14,370 bases of DNA from Bacteroidia bacterium (GCA_026391215.1 JAPLDX010000116.1:1-14370); one strand, 5' to 3'. Positions 1-7,543 are shown, numbered from the stretch's first letter. Numbers and translations are program-made. Notes: generated by a model from the sequence alone, not told the origin.

Positions 1-662
1 TGGTAATCCTCCGGAACCCCGATGTCAATGAATGGATCATCAAAAACTACTCCTTTCAAAACTGATGTTTCGGCTTCCTTTGCCAGCAATTCTTTTTCCA
101 GCGAAAAAACATCAGGAAGCTGCCTGGATTTAAAGAATTGACTGTTAACCAGGTAGATGCCTCCATTGATCAATCCTTCAGCACAGTATTTCTTTTCGTT
201 AAACCGGACTATTGTATCTCCGTCTGTTTCGACAGATCCATAACGCGAGATTTTTTTCATGCGCTTTAAAGCAATGGAAAAAATGTGATTGTTCTTAAGA
301 TGAAAAGAGTAAAATTCATTGAGGTCAATAGGAAACCATGTATCTCCGTTCAATATCAGAATATTGTTTCCCCTGGTGCTTTTAAGAGCGTTAAGCACTG
401 CACCTCCTGTACCAAGCGGCTCTTCTTCTTTTACATATACCAGCCTGATGTTTTCGAATGAACTGCCAAAATATTCGATAATACTTTCAGACATATAACC
501 TGTAGAAAGGATTATCTTTTCTACCGGAAAATTGCTCATCCAGTGCAGGATGTAAAAGAGAAATGGTTTATCATTAACGGGGGCCATTGGTTTGGGGACA
601 TCTGTAACTACTTTTCGCAGCCTGGTTCCCATTCCTCCTGCCAGGATGATCGCTTCCATCAT
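1..662 (-). CDS. hddC: D-glycero-alpha-D-manno-heptose 1-phosphate guanylyltransferase (NTP_transferase family), 3' end outside the window
   Basis: Absent from the ORF track because it has no stop in the window. Manual minus-strand translation from ATG 662 (or 659): MMEAIILAGGMGTRLRKVVTDVPKPMAPVNDKPFL...EEEPLGTGGA...LILNGDT...RYGSV...LINGGIY...FIDIGVPEDY. The LAGGxGTRL and PKPM motifs mark a nucleotidyltransferase. ATG 660-662 overlaps the gmhA TGA (ATGA). Position after hddA-gmhA supports hddC. Confidence 0.88.
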   Translation of the reverse strand, partial: MMEAIILAGGMGTRLRKVVTDVPKPMAPVNDKPFLFYILHWMSNFPVEKIILSTGYMSESIIEYFGSSFENIRLVYVKEEEPLGTGGAVLNALKSTRGNNILILNGDTWFPIDLNEFYSFHLKNNHIFSIALKRMKKISRYGSVETDGDTIVRFNEKKYCAEGLINGGIYLVNSQFFKSRQLPDVFSLEKELLAKEAETSVLKGVVFDDPFIDIGVPEDY

Positions 663-1252
663 TTTATCTGATTAAGCCGGCTGAACAATTCCTCTTCAAC
701 CAGATTGCAGATTATGTGACCGATAAGACTATGCAATTCCTGTATTCGCGGGGTCTCGCCTGATGGAACCTTGATGCAGATATCACAGTGGTCCTTCATC
801 AGTCCGCCATAAATACCTGTAAGCCCGATAGTTACAATCCCATTCTTTCTGCAGCTTTCCAGGGCTTCTATGACATTCTGTGATGTTCCGGATGTTGATA
901 TTCCTAAAAACACATCACCCTCACAGCCCAGAGCCTCTGCCTGGCGTGAAAAAACTCTTTCGAATCTTGAATCATTTCCTACTGCTGTAATAATTGAGGT
1001 ATCAGTAGTCAATGCGATAGCCGGCAGACCGGGCCTGTCAAATCCGAAGCGGTTTACGAATTCCGCTGCAATGTGCTGGGCATCGGCAGCGCTTCCTCCG
1101 TTGCCAGCCAGCATCAATTTCTTCTTGTTCCTGAATGCCGATATTATAGCATTTGCTGCCTGCTCAACGGCAGCCAGAACATCCGATGATTCCAGGAGCC
1201 TCTGCTGTACCTCAGCCGAGTTCTTTATCTGACTTTTTATTCTTTCCTGCAT
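659..1252 (-). CDS. gmhA: D-sedoheptulose 7-phosphate isomerase (phosphoheptose isomerase, SIS fold)
   Basis: 197 aa with GNGGSAADAQHIAAEF, ALTTDTS, GND, FSRQ, GISTSG and PRIQELH motifs typical of GmhA; lies between hddA and hddC. Confidence 0.95.
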   Translation of the reverse strand: MQERIKSQIKNSAEVQQRLLESSDVLAAVEQAANAIISAFRNKKKLMLAGNGGSAADAQHIAAEFVNRFGFDRPGLPAIALTTDTSIITAVGNDSRFERVFSRQAEALGCEGDVFLGISTSGTSQNVIEALESCRKNGIVTIGLTGIYGGLMKDHCDICIKVPSGETPRIQELHSLIGHIICNLVEEELFSRLNQIK

Positions 1253-1266
1253 CTCTTAATATTTTC

Positions 1267-1305
1267 ACTTTGAACTTTAAACTTTAAACTTTAAACTTTC
1301 AACTT
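1267..1305. repeat. 7-bp tandem array A (ACTTTAA-type, 5 copies plus a partial)
   Basis: + strand: actttga (1267), actttaa (1274), actttaa (1281), actttaa (1288), actttca (1295), actt (1302). Overlaps the hddA stop codon at 1299-1301. Confidence 0.9.
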
Positions 1306-2327
1306 ATCTTCCATCCCTGGCATCCCATATCACTGAAATGAAAGTTCAGCACTCTGCCATGGAACTTGTTAAGTCTATTGATCAGGTCCAGTCTTCGGAC
1401 CGGATCTATTGTAAAGAACATAAAGCCTCCTCCTCCTGCACCTGATACCTTGCCTCCGTATGCTCCTGATTTGACTGCAGCTTCATATATCATTTCAATG
1501 TTCTTATTTGTAATTGCCGATGCCATCTTCTTCTTATTCTCCCACTCCTTTCCCAGTTCCTTCGCAAATCTGACAATATCGCCTTTAAGGAGAAAGTCCT
1601 TCATCACATAGGAATTCTGCTTGATCCTGTGTGTCGCTTCAAGCGGAAGCTTCTTCCCCCTGGTTGTATTTGCCTGCTGCTCCATTATTATCTTATCTGA
1701 TGACCTTGATGCTCCGGTATAATAGAGCACCATTGATACTTCGAGCTCATCAGCGATCCATTGTTTTATTCTCAGCGGATTAACCACCACCCTGTCATCT
1801 TTGTAAAACTCAATGAAATTAAATCCTCCGAAAGTAGCGGCATACTGGTCCTGCTTGCCGCCGCGGAGTCCCAGGTCAATTCTCTCGATCTGGCAGGCAA
1901 GGTGTGCCATATCATAATCTCCAAGCGGCAGGTTAAGCCATTCTGCAAATGCCTTCAGGATGGCCACAACCATTGTCGATGATGAACCAAGACCGCTTCC
2001 GGGAGGGGCATCGCAATAAGTGGTGATCTTAAAAGAGAGCGGTTTCGTGATCCTGAAGTCCTTCACGATCCTGTTATAAACACCTTTATGAAGATCAAGA
2101 GAGCCATCTACCGGTAAAGCGAGCTGAGACGGATAATTCTTCTTAATGCCGAGATCAGCGGCATTGATAATTATTGATCCGGGTTTTGTTTCTTCAATGG
2201 TACAGTACGCATACTGGTCAATTGTTGCATTTAAAACAGCCCCGCCATATATGTCAGAATACGGGGAAACATCTGTACCGCCGCCGGCAAGACCCAATCG
2301 TAGTGGAGCTTTACTTCTGTAGATCAT
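1299..2327 (-). CDS. hddA: D-glycero-alpha-D-manno-heptose 7-phosphate kinase (GHMP kinase family)
   Basis: 342 aa with [13 protein letters not shown], the [17 protein letters not shown]-binding loop, [15 protein letters not shown] and [10 protein letters not shown]; adjacent to gmhA and a guanylyltransferase. Confidence 0.92.
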   Translation of the reverse strand: MIYRSKAPLRLGLAGGGTDVSPYSDIYGGAVLNATIDQYAYCTIEETKPGSIIINAADLGIKKNYPSQLALPVDGSLDLHKGVYNRIVKDFRITKPLSFKITTYCDAPPGSGLGSSSTMVVAILKAFAEWLNLPLGDYDMAHLACQIERIDLGLRGGKQDQYAATFGGFNFIEFYKDDRVVVNPLRIKQWIADELEVSMVLYYTGASRSSDKIIMEQQANTTRGKKLPLEATHRIKQNSYVMKDFLLKGDIVRFAKELGKEWENKKKMASAITNKNIEMIYEAAVKSGAYGGKVSGAGGGGFMFFTIDPVRRLDLINRLNKFHGRVLNFHFSDMGCQGWKIS

Positions 2328-2330
2328 AAC

Positions 2331-2397
2331 TTGGAATTTCGGAATTCAGATTTTGGATTTCGGATTTTATTCCGTAATCGCAAATCCGCAATCCGTA
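2331..2397. repeat. Inverted pair of 7-bp tandem arrays B (TTCGGAT-type x5, then ATCCGYA-type x4)
   Basis: Left arm 2331-2365: ttggaat ttcggaa ttcagat tttggat ttcggat. Spacer ttta. Right arm 2370-2397: ttccgta atcgcaa atccgca atccgta. The reverse complement of TTCGGAT is ATCCGAA. Fills nearly all of the 71-bp spacer between the GT4 gene and hddA. Confidence 0.88.
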
Positions 2398-2398
2398 A

Positions 2399-3535
2399 TT
2401 AAATTTGTTTATAAATATCTAATATCGAATCAATTAACTTATCCCAGGTAAATTTCATTTTCTGTTGTTTTACCCCCTCAATAAATTGTTTCTTCCGGTT
2501 ATTGCTAAAGTAATCAATAATTGCTTCAGCTATGAATCCCGGCTCAGGTTTTACAACATAACCGCATTTTCCGTCAGGGACTATTTCACTTAATCCTCCC
2601 ACATCAGTGACCAGCATAGGCTTTTCAAAATGGTAGGCAATCTGTGTGACTCCGCTCTGTGTTGCGCTCCGGTAAGGCTGAACCACAAGATCGGCTGCGC
2701 TGAAAAACAATGCTACTTCATCTTCCTTTATAAAACGGTCATAAAGGATGATGTCATTGCCGATATTCCGTTTTTCAATGATCGTCTTGTAAGGAACATC
2801 GCTTTCATAGAACTCTCCGGCGATTATCAGCTTAAGCTTTCTGTTTATCAGCCGCTTGTCAGCAAAAGCCTCCAGGAGAAGATCAAGTCCTTTATATGCC
2901 CTGATAAATCCGAAAAAGAGCATGTATGAATAACCGGCATTCAGGCTGAGCTTATTTAATGCTTCATCACGTGGAAGGATTGCACCGTAATTATCATATA
3001 GCGGGTGAGGATTAAATTTGACCGGAATATTGACCCTGAATTCTTTCAGATCATCGCCGACACTTCGTGACATCACAACAGCGCCGTCAATGCTGCGCAC
3101 AAAATATCTTGTCAGTATCCTGTCAATGAAACTCTTTTCGTGAGGGATGACATTATCGAAGATGCAGATCACCCGGGTATTTGTATTCCTGTTTTTCCGT
3201 GCTATCCGGGCGACAGTCCCAAAGCATGGTGACATGAACGGATTCCAGTATTTTATTATGACTATATCCGGCTTTGCTTTCCTGATCCTGTTGCCTGTTC
3301 TGATCCAGTTAAAGGGATTAATGGAATTCAGAACCCTGGTTATCTTAATTCCTGCCGGCGCCGGACTATCAGTATATTGAGTCTTCCCCGGGAAAAGAAA
3401 TCCAGGATACTGCATTGTGAATGTAAGTATCTCAGCATCATGCCCCTCGGATATGAACTGCCGGGCAAGGCGTTCGTTATAAGATGCCAGGCCTCCGCGG
3501 TAGGGATATGCCGTTCCAAGGATTATTATCCTCAT
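2399..3535 (-). CDS. Glycosyltransferase, GT4 family (GT-B fold)
   Basis: The start is better placed at ATG 3535 (MRIIILGTAYPYRGGLASYNERLARQF) than at the track's 3592, which lies inside repeat array C. Has FFGFIRAYKGLDLLLEAF, ADLVVQPYRSATQSGV and PMLVTDVGGLSEIV, typical of the Glycos_transf_1 C-terminal domain. Confidence 0.9.
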   Translation of the reverse strand: MRIIILGTAYPYRGGLASYNERLARQFISEGHDAEILTFTMQYPGFLFPGKTQYTDSPAPAGIKITRVLNSINPFNWIRTGNRIRKAKPDIVIIKYWNPFMSPCFGTVARIARKNRNTNTRVICIFDNVIPHEKSFIDRILTRYFVRSIDGAVVMSRSVGDDLKEFRVNIPVKFNPHPLYDNYGAILPRDEALNKLSLNAGYSYMLFFGFIRAYKGLDLLLEAFADKRLINRKLKLIIAGEFYESDVPYKTIIEKRNIGNDIILYDRFIKEDEVALFFSAADLVVQPYRSATQSGVTQIAYHFEKPMLVTDVGGLSEIVPDGKCGYVVKPEPGFIAEAIIDYFSNNRKKQFIEGVKQQKMKFTWDKLIDSILDIYKQI

Positions 3536-3549
3536 ATTAAAGTAAAATT

Positions 3550-3557
3550 CAAATTTA
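3550..3557 (-). promoter_or_regulatory. Putative Bacteroidota sigmaA -7 promoter element for the GT4-hddA-gmhA-hddC operon
   Basis: Minus strand reads TAAATTTG, matching the TAnnTTTG consensus, 14 nt upstream of ATG 3535 across an AT-rich leader. Only an imperfect -33 element (TTTC near 3576-3579) is seen. Confidence 0.5.
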
Positions 3558-3579
3558 GTAAAATAGAACGGATATGAAA

Positions 3580-3662
3580 AGGCAACAGGCAACGGGCAAA
3601 AGGCTACAGGGGAAAAAAGGCTATGATCAGCCTGACGCCCGAAGCCGGACGCCTGTAACCTT
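3580..3662. repeat. Inverted pair of 7-bp tandem arrays C (AGGCAAC-type x5, then GCCTGAC-type x4)
   Basis: Left arm 3580-3614: aggcaac aggcaac gggcaaa aggctac aggggaa. Right arm 3630-3657: gcctgac gcccgaa gccggac gcctgta, then acctt up to the stop at 3663-3665. The rotated reverse complement of AGGCAAC is GCCTGTT. Confidence 0.85.
3613..3633 (-). terminator. Possible short intrinsic terminator after the oxidoreductase gene
   Basis: Minus strand AGGCT-GATCAT-AGCCT-TTTTT: a 5-bp stem, 6-nt loop and U tract, about 30 nt after stop 3663. The stem is short. Confidence 0.4.
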
Positions 3663-4886
3663 TTAGAGAGAATTACTCAGATAATCGCTGAGATAATTGA
3701 ATGATGGCGTCAGATTGCCGTTTTTCAGTATTGTAGCCCGGGTTATCATCGGGCTTTCATTTTCCGTAAGGATGTCATGCAGAGTATTCTGCATCAGCTG
3801 TTTACCGAAATCCTGTGAAGCATCGCGGGGCAGCTCGCCCGGAAGGTTGTCAATAGACATCACTGTAATATTTGTCGTCCGTGAAAATGCCGGCTCCTCC
3901 GTTTCAAGATGAGGATTATATGCATAAAAAGGATCTGAGATAGTTGTCGCTCTTAATGTTGATGGTATGGGACCATTGACATCACAGCTTATGTCGGCAA
4001 TGACAGAGATCCTGAATTCCGGTTTTTTCATATCTTCCTTTGTAAAGAAGACAGGTGATCTCGGATCCCAGAAATGGCCGGTTATCAGAATGTCAGTAAC
4101 TTTGGTAAAAGGCATGAAGGTTGATTCGTATTCTTCCGGATGCCTTGTAAAATGGCTGAAGCTGAATTTCTGACCTCCCTTATGCTTTGTATAATGTTCA
4201 GGATCTATCCTGCAAACTACCGGGACATCAAATTCGCGGTTCAGGAATTTATCCGGTTCAACCTGAACCATGTTGCAGACGCTTAATGTCTCCATGGCGC
4301 CGTTTGCCACACGTCCTCCGCCTGTGACCAGCACCTTGAGTCCGGGGGAGAGTTCAATGAGCCTGAGTCCCGCCCACATCTCGTCGAGATCATGGCACTG
4401 ATATGGCGGTTTCAGCTTGAACCTGTTTGTCTTTATACCCCTGGCTCTCAATCCGTTATATGCTCCGACAATACCAGCCCAACGGCCGAATGCGACTACT
4501 CTCTCGCCTTTGTCTGTTGTAAGATATTCATAATCAACAAGCCCGATATTTTTGTCTGCCATCTCCCTGAACATCTCTTTGTTATGAGGCTGCTTTTTCC
4601 CCACATGCGCAAAAAACATATATGTCTTGCCCGGAATGAAAGTCCGCTTATCCACCTCCTTTATACCCATCAGAATATCGCATTCATGAAGGTCTTCTTT
4701 CAGCGGGATATCGAGGTATTCATATTCTTCATTGGAATAGCATCTATAATCGCTGGGCTGAACGAAGAATTCAGCAAAAGGATATTGTTCCTCCAGAGCA
4801 ATTATCTGTGGTGGCGTCAGGGGAACCCTCCTGTCAGGAGGATTTTTGGTTTCGCGCAGTATGCCGATTCTCAGAGTTTTTTCCAT
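3663..4886 (-). CDS. NAD(P)-dependent oxidoreductase, saccharopine dehydrogenase (lysine-forming)/lysine-ketoglutarate reductase-like (AlaDh/PNT superfamily)
   Basis: 407 aa with RETKNPPDRRVPLTP, MGIKEV, FFAHVGKKQ, RVVAFGRWAGIVGAY, the Rossmann motif TGGGRVANGA, IADISCD and SIDNLPGELP, as in fungal Lys1 and the LKR domain of AASS. Confidence 0.8.
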   Translation of the reverse strand: MEKTLRIGILRETKNPPDRRVPLTPPQIIALEEQYPFAEFFVQPSDYRCYSNEEYEYLDIPLKEDLHECDILMGIKEVDKRTFIPGKTYMFFAHVGKKQPHNKEMFREMADKNIGLVDYEYLTTDKGERVVAFGRWAGIVGAYNGLRARGIKTNRFKLKPPYQCHDLDEMWAGLRLIELSPGLKVLVTGGGRVANGAMETLSVCNMVQVEPDKFLNREFDVPVVCRIDPEHYTKHKGGQKFSFSHFTRHPEEYESTFMPFTKVTDILITGHFWDPRSPVFFTKEDMKKPEFRISVIADISCDVNGPIPSTLRATTISDPFYAYNPHLETEEPAFSRTTNITVMSIDNLPGELPRDASQDFGKQLMQNTLHDILTENESPMITRATILKNGNLTPSFNYLSDYLSNSL

Positions 4887-4907
4887 GCTGCTTCAAAGGT
4901 ATCAATT

Positions 4908-7367
4908 TTATTCTTTAAGGAGCTCGTCTGCCGCCAGGACAAGGAACATGAAATTGGTTGCTCCTCCTCCCATCACATATTCCTGCTGCTGCCACAGATA
5001 AGGCCATTCAAGCAGTTCGGGAAAATCAGGACGTATCAGCGCTGTCCCTGAAGAAACGCCCCCGGGGATATATGACCAGTCGGCACGGTTGACACCATAA
5101 GCGACGGTGGTCGACCTCGCCCCTACTCCTGAAGCAAAAGAAGATGTATTTGTTCCAGGGTGAACACCGAGTATAAAATTAAGGGCGTTGAAAACATAAT
5201 CTGACGGGAAGATATCAGGGAAAGCTTCATGCAGAAAATATTGTCTCACTCCAAAGCTCTGAATTTCCCAGCCAGCTCCCCAGATATAAGGACGATAAGG
5301 TACCCCGTAGGGAGTATCATTTCCCTGCTTTGCTATTTCAGCGGAGAATTCTTTTGCAGCTTCCCTCAGCGATTGTGTGAATGCCGGATTATTGATCTTT
5401 GGAAGTGCCGGCCCGATCAACCATCCCAGATTGCGTATATCCTTTACTATCAATGACTCATGTTCAAGAATAAAATCTTTATAGACCTTCTCGCCGGTAG
5501 TCAGAAAAAGCTCAGTGGCAGCATGTACTTTTGATGAAACGGTATGGCCGGTAATGGTGCGGTCAAGATCAAAGATGGTTTCAGCTATCTCAAGACACTG
5601 ACTGCTGAGGGTATCATTGAAGCCTTTCAGGACTCTTGAAGCTGCTGCCAGGTGCGCAGCAGTGGTCAGCTCCCTGCCCGGATTAACTTCCGTGAAAACC
5701 CATCTGTCATCAGCTGGCGAAGATTTCACATCAGCATTGAAGATCAGGCCGTCAGTCATATTGATGCCATCACCAAGCAGAACATACTGTCTCAGCGAAG
5801 GACAGATAATTCCCCTGTAGAGTCTTCCCATGTTCCGGTATCCTCCAACAACTGAAAGCGCCCCATGTTCTATCTGTTGAAGGATGTCAGGCTTGCCGTC
5901 TGGCTGGTGTATCTCAACAACCCTGGAATACTGGTCAATGGACGTCTCATCATATTCTATATTGAATGCCTCGTAAGTCTGGGTAAGGATATAAACCTCA
6001 CCGCTTTGCGATTCGACTCTGAGGTCATAATCTCCCGCATCGTGCCATCCTCCGATATTTAGTCCAGGGACATGCTCTCCGGATTTATAATCAGTCAATG
6101 TGGAACTCCCCTGCTTATAACCGTCAAAATGATTGGTGTCAACAGGTGCCATCCGGGCATCATCCATGTGGCAGAGTCCGTGCCATACACGATACTTCTC
6201 ATTGATACGCATGTGGCACATCTGTACAGGGAGAAAATATTCAAGTGTCGGCTGCCAGACATGTCTTTCAAAAACGTCTTTTGATATGCGGAAAGTTTGC
6301 GATTTTTGTTTCCCGTACTTAACCAGGTAGATCCCCTCATCTTCCATAGATGAGAAATCAAACTTCAGATAATTGTATCTCAGGAATTTACCCCATTCAG
6401 GAGCTTTCCCTGAAAGTACAGCCTCTTGTTTGCCAGCCTCATCAATTTTGACCAGTTCAACATTTTCCCTTGCAGGATCGTTCTTATCCAGCTCGATAAG
6501 CGCAAATTTCTGTTGAGAAGGCTTATACCCTATTTGTGAAACATGAATGACCGGATCAGCTATCCATCCGCCGACAACATTTGGTGTAATGATCCACTCT
6601 ACAGCATTTTTCGTTGCCCCTGCAGGCACAAGTGATCTTACGACAAACCATCCGTTATTATGTAAATAACGGCCATCGATTAGCTGCAGGTTATTTTTTG
6701 CTGACCGGATTGTAAGTCTTAAAAGATCATTTTCCGGTGCAACTACAAGCTGTTTTCCCTCAGCCATTGGTTCTGCCGCAACCAGGATTCCTGCCTTATC
6801 ATACATTCCCGGTCCATTGGCCTGCCGGGGGAATATTCCTGCATGGCTGTCCATCATCCATGTTTTGCCAAACAGGATCCCCGGGAAAAGTTCCATGTTG
6901 AATCCTGCTTTTCCAATAAATTCAGCAGGTACAGGTCTGTCCAGGTCAACAGTCACAATAACAGAACCGCCTTCAGCCCGTGTTTTTACGGTATAATTTA
7001 AATAGAGGTCAGGATATATTATGGGATTAAATCCTTTGCGGTTGATCGCTGAATCGGGATAAGTAAGGTTTGTGGTAATGATATTACCTGCTGTATCCGC
7101 TGTCCGCTTTTTCTGTTTTGGAATCGGCTGCCATTGTCCCGGTGTCTCGTCAAGCCGCAGATCGCCGTTGGTAGCGATCCTCATTCCGTGCATTATAATC
7201 GCAACGCCTCCCTGGTGGCCTTCGGGATAAATATCCTGGAAAGCCATCACATTTACTCCCCCATTTTCAAAATATCCCTGTTCGTTCAGCCGGAAGCCGG
7301 TTTGCTGTGAATTTCCCCGGATCAATAACATAGATATTGCACATATCATCCATATCTTTTTCATCAT
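4908..7367 (-). CDS. Glycoside hydrolase family 9 with Sec signal peptide, an uncharacterised N-terminal region and an Ig-like domain
   Basis: 819 aa. Signal peptide MMKKIWMICAISMLLIRGNS|QQ. CelD_N-like Ig domain starts IHVSQIGY. Catalytic base motif GGWHDAGDY, ILGVHP...SFASGVG, and C-terminal QQQEYVMGGGA (likely catalytic acid Glu). No T9SS C-terminal domain. Confidence 0.85.
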   Translation of the reverse strand: MMKKIWMICAISMLLIRGNSQQTGFRLNEQGYFENGGVNVMAFQDIYPEGHQGGVAIIMHGMRIATNGDLRLDETPGQWQPIPKQKKRTADTAGNIITTNLTYPDSAINRKGFNPIIYPDLYLNYTVKTRAEGGSVIVTVDLDRPVPAEFIGKAGFNMELFPGILFGKTWMMDSHAGIFPRQANGPGMYDKAGILVAAEPMAEGKQLVVAPENDLLRLTIRSAKNNLQLIDGRYLHNNGWFVVRSLVPAGATKNAVEWIITPNVVGGWIADPVIHVSQIGYKPSQQKFALIELDKNDPARENVELVKIDEAGKQEAVLSGKAPEWGKFLRYNYLKFDFSSMEDEGIYLVKYGKQKSQTFRISKDVFERHVWQPTLEYFLPVQMCHMRINEKYRVWHGLCHMDDARMAPVDTNHFDGYKQGSSTLTDYKSGEHVPGLNIGGWHDAGDYDLRVESQSGEVYILTQTYEAFNIEYDETSIDQYSRVVEIHQPDGKPDILQQIEHGALSVVGGYRNMGRLYRGIICPSLRQYVLLGDGINMTDGLIFNADVKSSPADDRWVFTEVNPGRELTTAAHLAAASRVLKGFNDTLSSQCLEIAETIFDLDRTITGHTVSSKVHAATELFLTTGEKVYKDFILEHESLIVKDIRNLGWLIGPALPKINNPAFTQSLREAAKEFSAEIAKQGNDTPYGVPYRPYIWGAGWEIQSFGVRQYFLHEAFPDIFPSDYVFNALNFILGVHPGTNTSSFASGVGARSTTVAYGVNRADWSYIPGGVSSGTALIRPDFPELLEWPYLWQQQEYVMGGGATNFMFLVLAADELLKE

Positions 7368-7391
7368 ATAATAATTTATTTTAAGGGTATG

Positions 7392-7451
7392 ATGGAACCC
7401 ACATGTGACTGATTATTATAATATTGTGTATGCAATACATGTGGGTTTCAT
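7392..7451. repeat. 15-bp inverted repeat (14/15 match) around a 30-bp AT-rich spacer, upstream of the GH9 gene
   Basis: atggaacccacatgt (7392-7406) and acatgtgggtttcat (7437-7451). The spacer holds the perfect palindrome tattataata (7414-7423). Confidence 0.85.
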
Positions 7452-7507
7452 AATTATTCCTGATATATGTTTGCCAGGTGAAGATACATACTCCGACCCG
7501 ATTTTAG

Positions 7508-7543
7508 AAACAGCCCTCCGGGTTCTTTGGCCCCGGGCTGTTT
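7508..7543 (-). terminator. Probable terminator hairpin after the giant T9SS gene
   Basis: aaacagccc (7508-7516) and gggctgttt (7535-7543) form a perfect 9-bp inverted repeat with an 18-nt partly pairing interior, about 30 nt after stop 7573. The U tract is only 3 nt on either strand. Confidence 0.55.

Noticed and set aside
3536-3592. N-terminal extension of the GT4 (MPVAFSYPFYFTKFEFYFN) in the ORF track
   Set aside because: It starts at a TTG inside heptamer array C and spans the candidate promoter. ATG 3535 gives a typical GT-B first strand (MRIIILG).
4392-5051. 219-aa plus-strand ORF
   Set aside because: It lies antisense to two well-supported genes and has no recognisable motif; most likely a shadow ORF.
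7416-7451. Minus-strand mini-ORF MKPTCIAYTIL inside the inverted repeat as a leader peptide
   Set aside because: Only 11 codons, with no informative codon run and no linked attenuator U tract; expected by chance.
7392-7451. dif/Xer site, integron attC or IS ends
   Set aside because: No match to the dif consensus or attC core sites, no target-site duplication seen, and no recombinase or transposase in the window.
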